From an uncultured Rivularia sp. (GTDB lineage: Bacteria; Cyanobacteriota; Cyanobacteriia; Cyanobacteriales; Nostocaceae): a stretch of DNA of 64,000 bases. Where the stretch lies: the NCBI GenBank assembly GCA_963665115.1, contig OY762007.1, positions 5,920,001 through 5,984,000 of the forward strand. The letters run 5' to 3'. Below the pieces are notes generated by a model. That model saw only the letters and a program-made list of their open reading frames with translations, was not told where the DNA came from and did no database searches. Below are positions 10,133 through 21,172 of this stretch, piece by piece (positions within the stretch are counted from its first letter, which is position 1; each line of letters opens with the position of its first letter). The translations under genes and the position numbers were made by a program.

Positions 10133-11526
10133 GTGATGATATTATTTTGCAGGTGAATAACCTAAGTAAATGTTTCAAAATATATGCAAATCCTTGGCAT
10201 CGTGCTAGAGAATGGTTAAATTTAGGAAATAACACTCATCATCAAGAATTTTGGTCGCTTAAAGATGTATCTTTTACGGTGAGGAAAGGTCAATTTTTTG
10301 CAATTATTGGGCAAAATGGGGCGGGTAAAAGTACATTATTAAAAATAATAACTGGGGTTTTAAAACCAACAACGGGAAGCTATAAATTAAATGGGAAAGT
10401 TCTGTCGCTGCTGGAATTAGGAACTGATTTTAATCAGCAATTGAGTGGTCGAGCGAATGCAATTTACAGTGCTGAATTGTTGGGATTCCCTAAAGGGTAT
10501 GTGCAAGAAAGAATAAAAGAAATTGAAGAATTTTCAGAGTTAGGAGAGTTTTTTGACCGTCCAATAAAGTTGTATTCATCCGGGATGAAGTCAAGGTTCG
10601 CTTTTTCTTTATTTGCGTTTTTGGAATGCGATGTCCTGATTTTAGATGAAGTCTTAGCAGTTGGAGATATATTCTTCCAACAAAAATGTTATGCACGTCT
10701 TGAAGAATTGATAGCCAAGAAAATTACGATTATTTTAGTTACCCATCAGTTAGCAACAGTACAGCAATATTGTGATGAAGTTATTGTATTGCATCATGGA
10801 GAAAAAATTTTTCAAGGTGAATCGAAAAAAGCTGTTATCAAGTATCATCAACTGAGAAATAATCGGGGTAAGAAGTTATCATCAGATTTTTTTCAAAAAC
10901 AGTTAGAAGCATCTTTAAATTTTAAAGTATCGGATAGTTTTTTTTGGCCCGATGAAGAAGTTTTTATTCCTGTTTCTTTTCCCGAAGCAAATTATGCTCA
11001 ATTAATCCGTTACGCTATTTGTAATGCTAAGGGAGAAGGTTGTGTTAACTTTGTGCAAGGAGAACAAGCTTATTTATGTTGTGAGTTTCAACTGAAGGAA
11101 ACTATTGGTGTACCAATTGCTGCTGTCACGATTACCAATAGGTTTAATGTGTTAGTTCATAGCAAATCTTCCTGTCTGCAAAAGGTTGGTGTTCCGAATC
11201 AACTTAATCAAGGAAATTATCTACGCTTTTGTCGTCATATTACCTTCAGTATCGCACCGGGTGAATATGTTCTGGGTTTTGGCTTGATGACAATGAATCC
11301 TGATGATTATGCTTGTATAGATGAACTCCCACGAGCAGAATTTAAGAACCTCATTCAACTTTGTGATGTTTATGAAAAAGTGGGAGCTTTTAATGTTTTA
11401 CCTCATCATACTCTCAACAAACAATCTCACTTTGGGCTGTGTAATTTGCCGGGAGATAGTCAAATTCAAGTTATAAATATGAAGGAAGAAGGAAGAGGGA
11501 AGAGGGAAGAAGGTAATGTTATTTAA
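10129..11526 (+). CDS. wzt: ABC polysaccharide exporter ATPase with C-terminal carbohydrate-binding domain
   Basis: Walker A GQNGAGKST, YSSGM signature, LILDEVLAVGD, extended C-terminus. Confidence 0.92.
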   Translation: MSDDIILQVNNLSKCFKIYANPWHRAREWLNLGNNTHHQEFWSLKDVSFTVRKGQFFAIIGQNGAGKSTLLKIITGVLKPTTGSYKLNGKVLSLLELGTDFNQQLSGRANAIYSAELLGFPKGYVQERIKEIEEFSELGEFFDRPIKLYSSGMKSRFAFSLFAFLECDVLILDEVLAVGDIFFQQKCYARLEELIAKKITIILVTHQLATVQQYCDEVIVLHHGEKIFQGESKKAVIKYHQLRNNRGKKLSSDFFQKQLEASLNFKVSDSFFWPDEEVFIPVSFPEANYAQLIRYAICNAKGEGCVNFVQGEQAYLCCEFQLKETIGVPIAAVTITNRFNVLVHSKSSCLQKVGVPNQLNQGNYLRFCRHITFSIAPGEYVLGFGLMTMNPDDYACIDELPRAEFKNLIQLCDVYEKVGAFNVLPHHTLNKQSHFGLCNLPGDSQIQVINMKEEGRGKREEGNVI

Positions 11527-11577
11527 AAATGCGCGTTGTGAGTTTAACTAACTTCGTTCTTCCTTCATTTTAAAATT

Positions 11578-13014
11578 ATGCAATCCCAATTAAAAGAATT
11601 AGTCACTCACTATCAAAAAGCCCTACTAATAAAGCACGATAACTTAGCTGTTTATGAGAAAATAGCCGAACTTTATTATCAACAAAGAGAGTTAGAGAAA
11701 GTTTTAGGAATTTTGAGAAAAGCGTTGCAAGTAGAACCAAATTTTTTATCAGTATCTCAAGTTTTCAATAAAACGCTACAAACTCTAGGCTTTCAAGGAG
11801 AAGAAAATAGAAAATTTCAAAATTTTCTTCAAAAAAAATCATCTTATGAAAGCTTTTATATGTTGGTATTAGGCTGCGAACACGTCACAAATGTCGCTGA
11901 TGCTAAGACATGGAAAGATGCTGTAGCACTGGGATGTTCTTTCAAAGAAAAACGGCAATTGGATGAAGCTGTTTCTGCTTTCATTAAGGCGATAGAAATT
12001 GAACCATCCTTATCTTTACCCTATTTGATATTAGGTTACATAATCAACTATAATTTTTCCTTTCAAGCCAATCAACTAGAGAAAATAATCTCCTGTTATC
12101 GTCGAGTAATTTCAGGACGTTTAACTTCTCACCATGCTAACGTAGTTTTAGGAGATATGTTAACCAAACAAGGCAAAGTATCTGAAGCCATTACTGCTTA
12201 TAAAAATGGTATTGAGAGAAAAATTGATTTAGATACAAAAATTACAGCCCAGTACATAAACTCTCCTAAAAATTATGATGTAAGTTTTTTAATTATTGGT
12301 ATGGGTAAAGCTGGCACTTCTTCCCTTTTTCATTATCTATGCCAACATCCTCAAATTATCCCACCGACCAAAAAAGAATTACATTTTTTTAATATAAATT
12401 TTGACCTTGGACTTGATTGGTATTTAGCTCAATTTCCTCCTCTTCCTATACAAGGAGGTTTTTTAACAGGAGAAGCAACTCCTTGGTATCTTGGTGGTTA
12501 TGAAATTGAAAAAAAAGTATCTCAGCTATTTCCTAAAATCAAGCTGATTGCCATACTACGCAATCCCGTTACTAGAGCTATTTCTAATTACTATATGACT
12601 TTCAAAATGATGAAAGAACATCGTTCTTTAGAAGTAGCAATTAACTCGGAAATTGAAATATTAACAGGTATAACAGATACTGATGACATCATTGAGAAAT
12701 ACTGGCAAACAGAAAAAGGATATCTTTGGTTTGGTTTATATTTTGATTTTTTCAAAAAGTGGATGGCTGTTTTTCCAAGAGAACAGTTTTTGATTTTGCG
12801 AAGTGAAGACCTTTATAATCAAACTGATAAAACTATGCAACAGGTTTATGATTTCTTAGAAATAGACAATTACTCTCTTCCAATATATCCCAAGATCAAT
12901 TCGGGTTCTTATGAAAAAAATAACAATGAGTTACGCAAAAAATTATCTAATTTTTTTCAACCGCATAATAGAAAATTGGAAGATTATCTAGGTATGAAAT
13001 TTGATTGGGAGTAA
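11578..13014 (+). CDS. TPR-containing sulfotransferase (PAPS-dependent)
   Basis: N-terminal TPRs; 5'PSB GKAGTSSL; KELHFF; 3'PB LRNPVTRAIS.Y. Confidence 0.9.
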   Translation: MQSQLKELVTHYQKALLIKHDNLAVYEKIAELYYQQRELEKVLGILRKALQVEPNFLSVSQVFNKTLQTLGFQGEENRKFQNFLQKKSSYESFYMLVLGCEHVTNVADAKTWKDAVALGCSFKEKRQLDEAVSAFIKAIEIEPSLSLPYLILGYIINYNFSFQANQLEKIISCYRRVISGRLTSHHANVVLGDMLTKQGKVSEAITAYKNGIERKIDLDTKITAQYINSPKNYDVSFLIIGMGKAGTSSLFHYLCQHPQIIPPTKKELHFFNINFDLGLDWYLAQFPPLPIQGGFLTGEATPWYLGGYEIEKKVSQLFPKIKLIAILRNPVTRAISNYYMTFKMMKEHRSLEVAINSEIEILTGITDTDDIIEKYWQTEKGYLWFGLYFDFFKKWMAVFPREQFLILRSEDLYNQTDKTMQQVYDFLEIDNYSLPIYPKINSGSYEKNNNELRKKLSNFFQPHNRKLEDYLGMKFDWE

Positions 13015-15280
13015 GATTAATATGAATGAATTAACTACTGTAAACAATAGCTTTGAAGTCAGCTTCAAACAAACAATAAAAGACAAGTTTCCCCCAACAG
13101 TTACAGCAATAGCTTTACTTGTCACAACCGAATACGAAGGTATTTTTAGGAATGGGGGAATTGGAACTTATTACCGCACTTTGAGTGAGAAATTAGCAAA
13201 AAAAGGCTGTCATGTTGTGCTGCTGCTGTGCCAAAGTCAAAAGGATTTTGGTGGAGAATCAACTATTCCCGCAGTTAAACATATCTTCTCAACTAGTGAG
13301 TGTATGAACGTACTGGAATTGCAGCCAACTCACTTGAGTGTTTTGTCACAGTTGCAGGATTGGCAATGGGTAGACTACGAAAACTACTGTGCGCTGTTTT
13401 TTACTCAGGCGATCGCCAATACTTTTCCTAACACTTATATTTACATTGAATTTCCCGAAATGCTGGGATTGGGATACCGCACCATTCAAGCCAAGCGAAC
13501 AGGTATTTTGGGAGAAAATTGTGTGGTGGCTGTGACTTTACATAGCTCCCAGGAGTGGCTAAAGGAAGCTCATGGAAGGTATACGCAGTCCAATCATGAA
13601 TGGTTTTGGCAGGTTAGTTATTACGAGCAATATTCCTTTGAAAAAGCTGATTTAGCCTTCTTCTTGTCACATTTTCTTAAAGAGAAGGTAGAAAAGTATG
13701 GTTGGAAAACATCTCATGCTCTGCATTTACCCTATTGTTTTTCGGTGATTGAACAACCTCTGTCAAAACTTCCCCTGAGAAATGATTTACAAAGCCTGGT
13801 TAATGAAGATAAAATTCTCCTGGTGTTTTTTGGACGATTGGAAGAGAGAAAAGGGCTTTTTACTTTCTTGGAAGCAATTGAATTGTTAGAAAGTAATCTC
13901 TCCGAAAAACTTCATATTCTTTTTCTTGGTAAAAACGTTGAACTGCAAGCAGAGGGTTTACAGGGATTAGATAGCCGGGAATATATTGAACAAAAATTGG
14001 GTTCTAAATATTGCTACACCATTGTTAATGATTTATTCAGTCAAGAAGCCATTCAGTTGGTAAGAATGTTAGGTTGTGCGATTGTTTGTCTCACCAGCTC
14101 TCAAGAGAACTTTCCCAATACAGCATTAGAAATGGGACAGTTACCCGTCAGTTTAATTGTCTCAGATACGGGTGGTTTTCGAGAAACTCTTAATTTAATT
14201 GAACGTAGCGACGGCTTGCGCTGGTTTACACCGGAAAACCAGTACTCCCTTGCACAAGCTATGACTCAAGCTATCTCAGATTATCCAGAGCAAGTCAGCG
14301 TACCAACGAAAGAATTTCTCCATTATGTCAATCTACAACTGCTCAATCAAAGACTTGGATACATGAAGCAGAGTTTTTATCAAGTGGGTGGATTAACTGC
14401 AAGTCATCCAGACACAAATGAACCTAGAAAATGGATATTGGGGATGACTTCAATGCAAGAGCAAATCTTCTTAGAGAACTACGCCCAAAATGATTATACA
14501 GGTAGAGGGGAGATTGTAGAACTAGGTTGCTGGTTTGGTTCATCAACCATTTCCTTCGCAATGGGGCTTGAGGCTAACTCCCGTGTAACTAACAAAAGCC
14601 AGCGCATTCATGCTTACGATATTTTTATTTGGTGTTCAATGGCTAATATGCCGCAAAGTGTCATCGGTACTTCGTTAGAAGGAAAGTACAAAGATGGAGA
14701 TAGTTTTTTAGAAGAATACCTCGAACGAATTAATCCTTGGAATCATCTTATTCGCGTTTATCCTGGGGATCTTACAGAAACTGGCTGTAAACAAGATGAA
14801 ATCGAGTGTCTTTTTATTGATGCGATGAAATCTTGGGAATTAACGAATAGTATTATCAAAAATTTCTTTCCCTATCTTATCCCTGAAGTATCTATGGTAA
14901 TCCATCAAGACTTTGCCCATTATTATACTTCTTGGATTCATTTAATCATGTATCGCTTGCGAGATTATCTAGTGCCGATTGAGCATCCCTTCATTTATTC
15001 TTCCAGAGCTTTTCGCTATGTCAAACGGATTCCCGAGGAAATTTTACAAAATTCATATTCATTTGCTAGCTTTTCGGAAGCAGAAGCAGAAGCAGCTTTT
15101 GATTATTCATTGGAGATTACACCCAAGAAAATGCAACCTAATATTTTGGCAGCTAAAGTTATGTACTTTGTTCATGTTAGGAATTTTGACAAAGCTAAGT
15201 TAGAGTTTTACAAATCAACCAAACAACTTGGTGATGGTGAGTGGTTAGAGTTGGTTGAGGTTCAACAGAAAATTGCTTAG
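13001..15280 (+). CDS. GT4 glycosyltransferase fused to class I SAM methyltransferase (likely start ATG 13022)
   Basis: NGGIGTYY, FFGRLEERKG, QENFPN; VELGCWFGSST and FIDAMKS. Confidence 0.85.
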   Translation: MIGSKINMNELTTVNNSFEVSFKQTIKDKFPPTVTAIALLVTTEYEGIFRNGGIGTYYRTLSEKLAKKGCHVVLLLCQSQKDFGGESTIPAVKHIFSTSECMNVLELQPTHLSVLSQLQDWQWVDYENYCALFFTQAIANTFPNTYIYIEFPEMLGLGYRTIQAKRTGILGENCVVAVTLHSSQEWLKEAHGRYTQSNHEWFWQVSYYEQYSFEKADLAFFLSHFLKEKVEKYGWKTSHALHLPYCFSVIEQPLSKLPLRNDLQSLVNEDKILLVFFGRLEERKGLFTFLEAIELLESNLSEKLHILFLGKNVELQAEGLQGLDSREYIEQKLGSKYCYTIVNDLFSQEAIQLVRMLGCAIVCLTSSQENFPNTALEMGQLPVSLIVSDTGGFRETLNLIERSDGLRWFTPENQYSLAQAMTQAISDYPEQVSVPTKEFLHYVNLQLLNQRLGYMKQSFYQVGGLTASHPDTNEPRKWILGMTSMQEQIFLENYAQNDYTGRGEIVELGCWFGSSTISFAMGLEANSRVTNKSQRIHAYDIFIWCSMANMPQSVIGTSLEGKYKDGDSFLEEYLERINPWNHLIRVYPGDLTETGCKQDEIECLFIDAMKSWELTNSIIKNFFPYLIPEVSMVIHQDFAHYYTSWIHLIMYRLRDYLVPIEHPFIYSSRAFRYVKRIPEEILQNSYSFASFSEAEAEAAFDYSLEITPKKMQPNILAAKVMYFVHVRNFDKAKLEFYKSTKQLGDGEWLELVEVQQKIA

Positions 15281-15340
15281 ATTTATCATTAAATCGATCT
15301 ACTCACTTGAATGTGACAGCGTATATGCTATCATAACTGC

Positions 15341-15764
15341 ATGGCAATTAAAATTGTAGTTGACACTAGCGTTTTGATAAGTGCGCTTATTAGTTCTACA
15401 GGTTCTAGTCGAGAATTAATTCGACGCTGCTTGAAAGGCGAATATCTGCCTTTAATGGGAAACGCTTTATTTTCTGAGTATGAGTCAGTAATTGGGCGAG
15501 AAGAAATTCTTACTAAATGTCCTTTAACTAGTGAAGAAATTTCTGCTTTACTTGCATCATTTTTGAGCGTGAGTGAGTGGATTTCTATTTACTACTTATG
15601 GCGACCCTAATTTAAAAGATGAGGCTGACAATCACTTAATTGAATTAGCGATTGCTGGTAATGCTCAAATTATTGCCACTCAAAATATAAAGGATTTCCG
15701 CAATTCTGAGTTGTTATTTCCAAACTTATCAATATTAAAACCAGAAGAAATTATTAGGAGTTAA
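15341..15764 (+). pseudogene. PIN-domain (VapC-like) toxin, split by +1 C at 15605-15607
   Basis: VVDTSVL start; removing one C gives YYLWRPNLKDEADNHLIELA...TQNIKDF. Confidence 0.85.
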
Positions 15765-15769
15765 AAAGA

Positions 15770-15991
15770 ATGGCTACTTTAACTATTCGTTTACCAGACG
15801 AAAAACACAACAGGTTAAAAGAACTTGCTCAAGCCAAAGGAGTAAGTGTTAATAAATTGATTGAAGAATTATCTACCTTAGCTCTAGCGGAATTTGATGG
15901 CTATACCAGGTTTAAAGCAATGGCTGCAACTGGAAATCCTGAAGATGGCTTAAGAATATTGACTAAACTTGATAATTTGTTTGCAGATTAA
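15770..15991 (+). CDS. Ribbon-helix-helix/HicB-like antitoxin
   Basis: MATLTIRLPDEKHNRLKELAQAKGVSVNKLI; adjacent to PIN gene. Confidence 0.8.
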   Translation: MATLTIRLPDEKHNRLKELAQAKGVSVNKLIEELSTLALAEFDGYTRFKAMAATGNPEDGLRILTKLDNLFAD

Positions 15992-15995
15992 TTGT

Positions 15996-16114
15996 AAGTG
16001 GGTATGCAAAATTATTTGTGTCATTGCGAGCGACAGCGAAGCAATCCCAGAGTCTTGCGGTTGCTTCGTTTCACTCGCAATGACAAATGCACAATTGATT
16101 TTGCCTAAGTACTT
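15996..16114. mobile_element. MITE/REP-like palindromic element
   Basis: GTCATTGCGAG...GAAGCAA...TTGCTTC...CTCGCAATGAC nested hairpin flanked by GCAAAATTA/TGATTTTGC inverted ends. Confidence 0.65.
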
Positions 16115-16128
16115 ATTGGCTTAATAAT

Positions 16129-19100
16129 TCAAACAACCCTTGGCTGAAGTTGCAAAGCCCGACGGTAAGAGGTAGTTGCTTCTGATAGCTGACCAATTTC
16201 AGCTAAAATATCTCCTAAGCTTTTATAAGCTAAAGCATTATCTGGATTAAGTTCAATCGCTTGACGATAAGAAGTTATAGCCTGCTCGTATTGATTTTGT
16301 TTTTCAAAAGTCTTTGCTAGTTCCAAGTAAATTTCAAAGTTCTGTGGATGAAGTTGAAGTGCTGTTTGGTAAGAGGCGATCGCATCATCAAAGCGATTTT
16401 GCCGAACTAAAGCATTACCTAGCTGCAAATGAATTTGACCATCATCTGGCTTAATTGTCAATACCTGATGGTAAAGTTCAATATCGTCGGGATTAGATGC
16501 AATGCGAGAGCGATAATAATTGATTAATCCTTCTTCTCCCTGAGTTTGTTGGAGATAGGTTTTTAGTTGTACTAATTCAGTTTGGGTGGTTTGTAATTGA
16601 GATTGGGATTGTGTTAGTTTTGTTTGAGTTTGTTGTAATTGAAACTGAATTTGACTCAATTGTGTTTGAGTATATTGTAAATCTGAATTATGTTTTGCTA
16701 ATTGAGTTTTAGAGGTCTTTAGTTCCGACTGGGATTGTGCTAGTTCAGTTTGTGAGGTTTGTAGTTCAGCTTGAGTGTTTTGCAGTTCAGTTTTTACTTC
16801 TTCTAGATGCGCTTGTAACTGCTCATTATCTTTTTGAGCTTGTTCTTGGATGTATTGTAAATCTTGATACCGGTCTGTTTCTGTTTTTGTGGGTTGGGTT
16901 TTTTGCTGTTGTGTTGTGGGTATTGAGCTTGGGTTTTGAGTCGTAACTAAGGAGTTATTAGTTGATGTTTGTTGGTGGAGTGGTTCGAGGACTTCGGCGA
17001 TGATTTCAGGGGTTATGGGGGTCGTAGGTGTAATCCTCTGTGCTGATGAGTTTCACGCCGTTACCGTCGGGCTTCTCGCCGAGAATGTAGCGATTATAAA
17101 AGTCGTCTTGGACTTCGTAAATTTCGACAGTTTGGGAGTCGGGGTTGGAGCGGTAAACAAACTGGGTGGGTTGACTTTCGGGACATATCAGGCAGGTGAA
17201 GGCGACTCGTGAGGTGGTGGTAGGATTGGCGGTTGCGCCGTGGAACAGGCGCTTGTCGTAGATGATAGCTTGTCCGGCTTTGAGGGGAATATGGGTGAGG
17301 TAATGCTCAGTGACAAGTGTGGCGATGTCGTCGTTGTAGGGGAAAGGGGAGAATTGATAAAACGGGCGAGGTTGGGCATTGAGGTTGTGACTGCCTTTGA
17401 CAACGTGAAGGCAACCGTTGTCAGGATCTACATCAATGAGGGGGCACCAAATCCCAAAGCCAAGGGTATGAGGTTCGGCAGTGAGGGATGGATCTTGGTG
17501 GAGGGGGGTGGTGTTGGTGCTAGAGTTGGGGGATTTTATATACCATGTGCAAAAAGCGGTTCGATAACCGGGTAGTATTCTCGCTAATTTTGGAGAAACG
17601 ATATTTTTAAGTTTGTTATTAACTTCTTGTCGGTAAGATATGTCAGAAGTGTTAATATTTGTGCTGTTTTCTAAGTCAGCAATATCATCAGGAAGAGGAT
17701 GAGCGCGATCAAACTCTTGTAAATCTTCCAGTTCGGCTTCACTTAAAAAACGATTTATAACTACATAGCCATGTTCTTCAAGCTCTTTGTTCATTTCTGG
17801 AGTCAAGAAATTCAATTGTTTCCGTTCTTCAGCAGCAGGAAGATTGAGTAAACGATAACGAGCTAACGCTTCTAGACAAAAACCTGTAGTCAAGGCTTCC
17901 GAACCAAAAAAGTGCTGAGTATGCTTACCACCAAACATTGCAAGTCTCTTCCAGTAACCCTCCTCCTTTTGGGTATCGAGTATAAAATTAATAGCCTTGC
18001 TGAGTGCGGGACTTACATAATTAAAATTGATAAGTGTACATATAGCCAAAGCAGTTAGAAGTTCATCACCAAAAGAACCATCACTCTTCTGAAACTGTAA
18101 AATCTTATTAATTAACAAGTTTTTAGCTGTTCCTAAAGATTTAACACCGTTATAATATGCCCTTGAGAACATATAATAAAAACTTAATTTATGAGCATAA
18201 AACTCAGTGTTTTCTTCTTCATTTCCTTTATAAACAACATCAAGCAAATATTTAATTGATTTCTGAGTTTTTGTCGTTTCACCTAAATATAGCAATACAT
18301 TAGAATTAACTACGCAACAAACATCATCCTTTTCTGTTCTTTGCCAAAATTCCTCAGAATTAGATAGTGCTTTACCAAAAGTTATAAGATTTAGAAGTAT
18401 GCTTCTCATCGAACGAGGTAAAATCCAAGTATAGAAAATACCGTCTTTATTGCGATTACCTAGAATAAGACCAATATTTTTGTTAAATGAAATATTATTA
18501 ATTTTCAAAATATAGGATATGCAACAAATATCATCTAAATCCGGAGGTATTTTTGTGTGTTTTTCATTTTTTGAAGACCAATATCGCCATAAGTCTCCTA
18601 ATTCCCTTTCTTGGATTAAAAATTTTAATCCTTTGTCTATAATTTGTTTTACTTTATTGTTTGAATCGTCAGAAACTAAGAAATTTAAAGAGTATAAAAT
18701 TAAAGAAGTAGCAAAGGGAGAGCTATCAAATTTGGATAGCTTTTCAAATGAATCTTCATATGTAGGAAATTCGCCATCATCCAGTTGATTTTGACTTAAA
18801 AAATCTATGGCTTTGAATATACTCATCTCTAATTTGCTAGATGGGAATTCCATGAATGTTTGATTATTGTTTTGAGCATGATTATTTTCAACTTTATCTG
18901 TATTTATTTCTAAGCTTTCTTGCATACTAGTATTGGGATTAATCATTTTTTTCAATCTCAAAGTCAACGAATGAGCTAACACAACCAATCGTTGCTTAAT
19001 AGCGAAATAAAACAGAATGATATGTAGGACGAGTAAAATTAAAAACAAAGGTTGTCGAAAGGATAGTAATGTCACTAAGCTTAGAGGTAGCCACACTTCA

Positions 19101-20800
19101 TAAAAATCGTGCAGTAAAATATTTTTGCCAACAGATGGTGAAGGATTTAACTTGTTATATTCGGTGCTGAAAAATTGTAGTAAAAGGTAAATCGTAAACG
19201 AGACAAGAAGCAAAGGTGCAGATTGGGAAATCAACAGAACGAGTACAACTGAAAAAATAGCTTCCAGTGGAAATACAATATAATTTATCCAAAATCGCAG
19301 TGATTCCACACCAAACTTTGTAGCCAATGTCTTTATACCCGATTTCAAATCATTGTCTCTGTCCCAAATTTGATGTAACAGAATACCTCTAATTCCACAC
19401 CCAAAGCCCCAAACTGTAGCAACGATTGCTAGAAAATGGCTTCCAGATTCAGACGTTGCTATTAAGCTAGAAAATACTGTAGTGATTAACAATGTAGGAA
19501 TTGCGTGTACGGTAGCAGCATCAGCAACTACACCCCAAATATATCGTTCTTTGAGTCGAAGCGGTGGAGCCGGATAAATGGTTAGCAACGTGTAGATAGA
19601 ACCAAGCAAAATTGCTGAAGTTGAGTTAAAGCCAATAAATAACCAAGGTATTACACCTAAAATGGCTAAACTCAAACTTAATAAAGTTTGTTGTCCTTTA
19701 GAAAGAGATGCCATTCGATTCTGCTTACCAGCCTGAGAATCTATCTCAATATCAAAGATGTCATTGACAACATGACCGTAAGCTGCGACGAAAAACATTG
19801 AAGCTAAAAGAGCGAGTAGAGTAACGATAGATTGTTGAGTAGGTGTATCTTGTATGAGGATTTCAGCGTAGGCAATAGCTAGTAATGGGGGAATTTTATA
19901 AAACCACCAATCGTTACCCCGGAGCAAGTTGAAAAATGAGAAAAACTTTTCTTTAATTCCACCTTCTTTATTTTTATTTGTCTTTGGAGCATTCATATAG
20001 TCCGCAAGTTGTCTTGGTGTTAGTGGATTAGTTTTATAATCAAAGACTCCCAAATTTATACAGTCTTCTGGCTTTTGACCTCTAATATATTGCTGATAAA
20101 ATTTATCATCTACTTCAAAAAGTTGTAATTTCTTAGCAGTTTGCGACTTTCGATAACAAAAATAAATAGAACTGTTTTTGGGAGCTATGTGGCAAGTCGC
20201 TACTACTCTCTCATTAGTAAATAAGTTAGGGCTAGAGCCATGAAATAGCCGTCCATCGAATATAAGTGCTTTGCCTGTTTGCATGGGCACAGTCGTTAGA
20301 TAATCCTGTTGCATCAGTGACACAATATCTTGACTGCAAGACGAGCCTGCATAAACAAAACAAGGTCTTGGACTTGAAGTGATGAGATGGCTTTTGCCAA
20401 CAATTTGAAGACAACCAGTTTGCTCATCTACATCAATGAGGGGACACCAAATAATAAAAGATTTGTGTAACGTTTCATCTACTATAGATGGGTCTTGATG
20501 TATGGATACACTTGGAGAATTCAGCGATTTATAAATAAAATTACAATTAATAATTTTGTATTCTGGAAATAAAACTTCTATTTTAGGGGCAAATATTTTT
20601 TTAATTTCTTGATTAACTAGCTGACGGTATGATGTGTCTGAGCTAATATCGCTACGATATAAATACGGGGCATCCGTAATTGAGTCTTTAGGAAGAGGGA
20701 ATTCGTGATAAAAATTTAAAAGCCTTTGCACTTGCTCTTTACCAAGAAAATTGACAACTGCATATCCTTTTTCTTCAAGTTCCTGATACAGACTACGCAT
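16129..20800 (-). CDS. Multidomain enzyme: PhyH-like Fe/2OG dioxygenase - UbiA prenyltransferase - class II terpene-cyclase-like domain - second PhyH dioxygenase - coiled coil - TPR (~1556 aa; +1 frameshift at 17017-17021)
   Basis: HQD...FHG...R twice; NDIFDIEID and HQIWDRDND in a TM region; PPDLDD plus QLDDGEF/QKSDGSF/QKEEGYW; deleting one C links YDP-ITPEIIAEVLEP in frame to ORF 16129..16659. Confidence 0.8.
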
Positions 20801-21061
20801 GGGATAATTTTTTTAATCGTAATTCATGTATACGTGACTTGGAATCTTAGCATAAACCCGATTTATTCTAGCTTACTAACCTAATAAATTTAAAAAAGGC
20901 TCGTTTTGACCTTCGCTGCAAGAATTGTTCTGGAATGTGTATTTGGTTTACATCACAAGTTTTTGTTCATTTCACTAAATATTATGCACTTATACATTGG
21001 TTTCTAGTAGCGCTGTTTTCGCAAATTACAGCTTTCCGAAGACAACGCTACTGCAATTTTT

Positions 21062-21169
21062 TTAATAAGTTAAACAACTTATTGGACTGTTGTCTTTGTA
21101 GACGACAGCTTCTTTATCTGGATATTGCTGGGCACTGTTTTCTAAAAGGTGATGTACTAAATATGACAT
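21062..21169 (-). pseudogene. 5' remnant of an adenylate-forming enzyme gene
   Basis: MSYLVHHLLENSAQQYPDKEAVVYKD, paralogous to the FAAL start MSYLEHQLLESSTQQY at 32941. Confidence 0.65.
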
Positions 21170-21172
21170 TTT

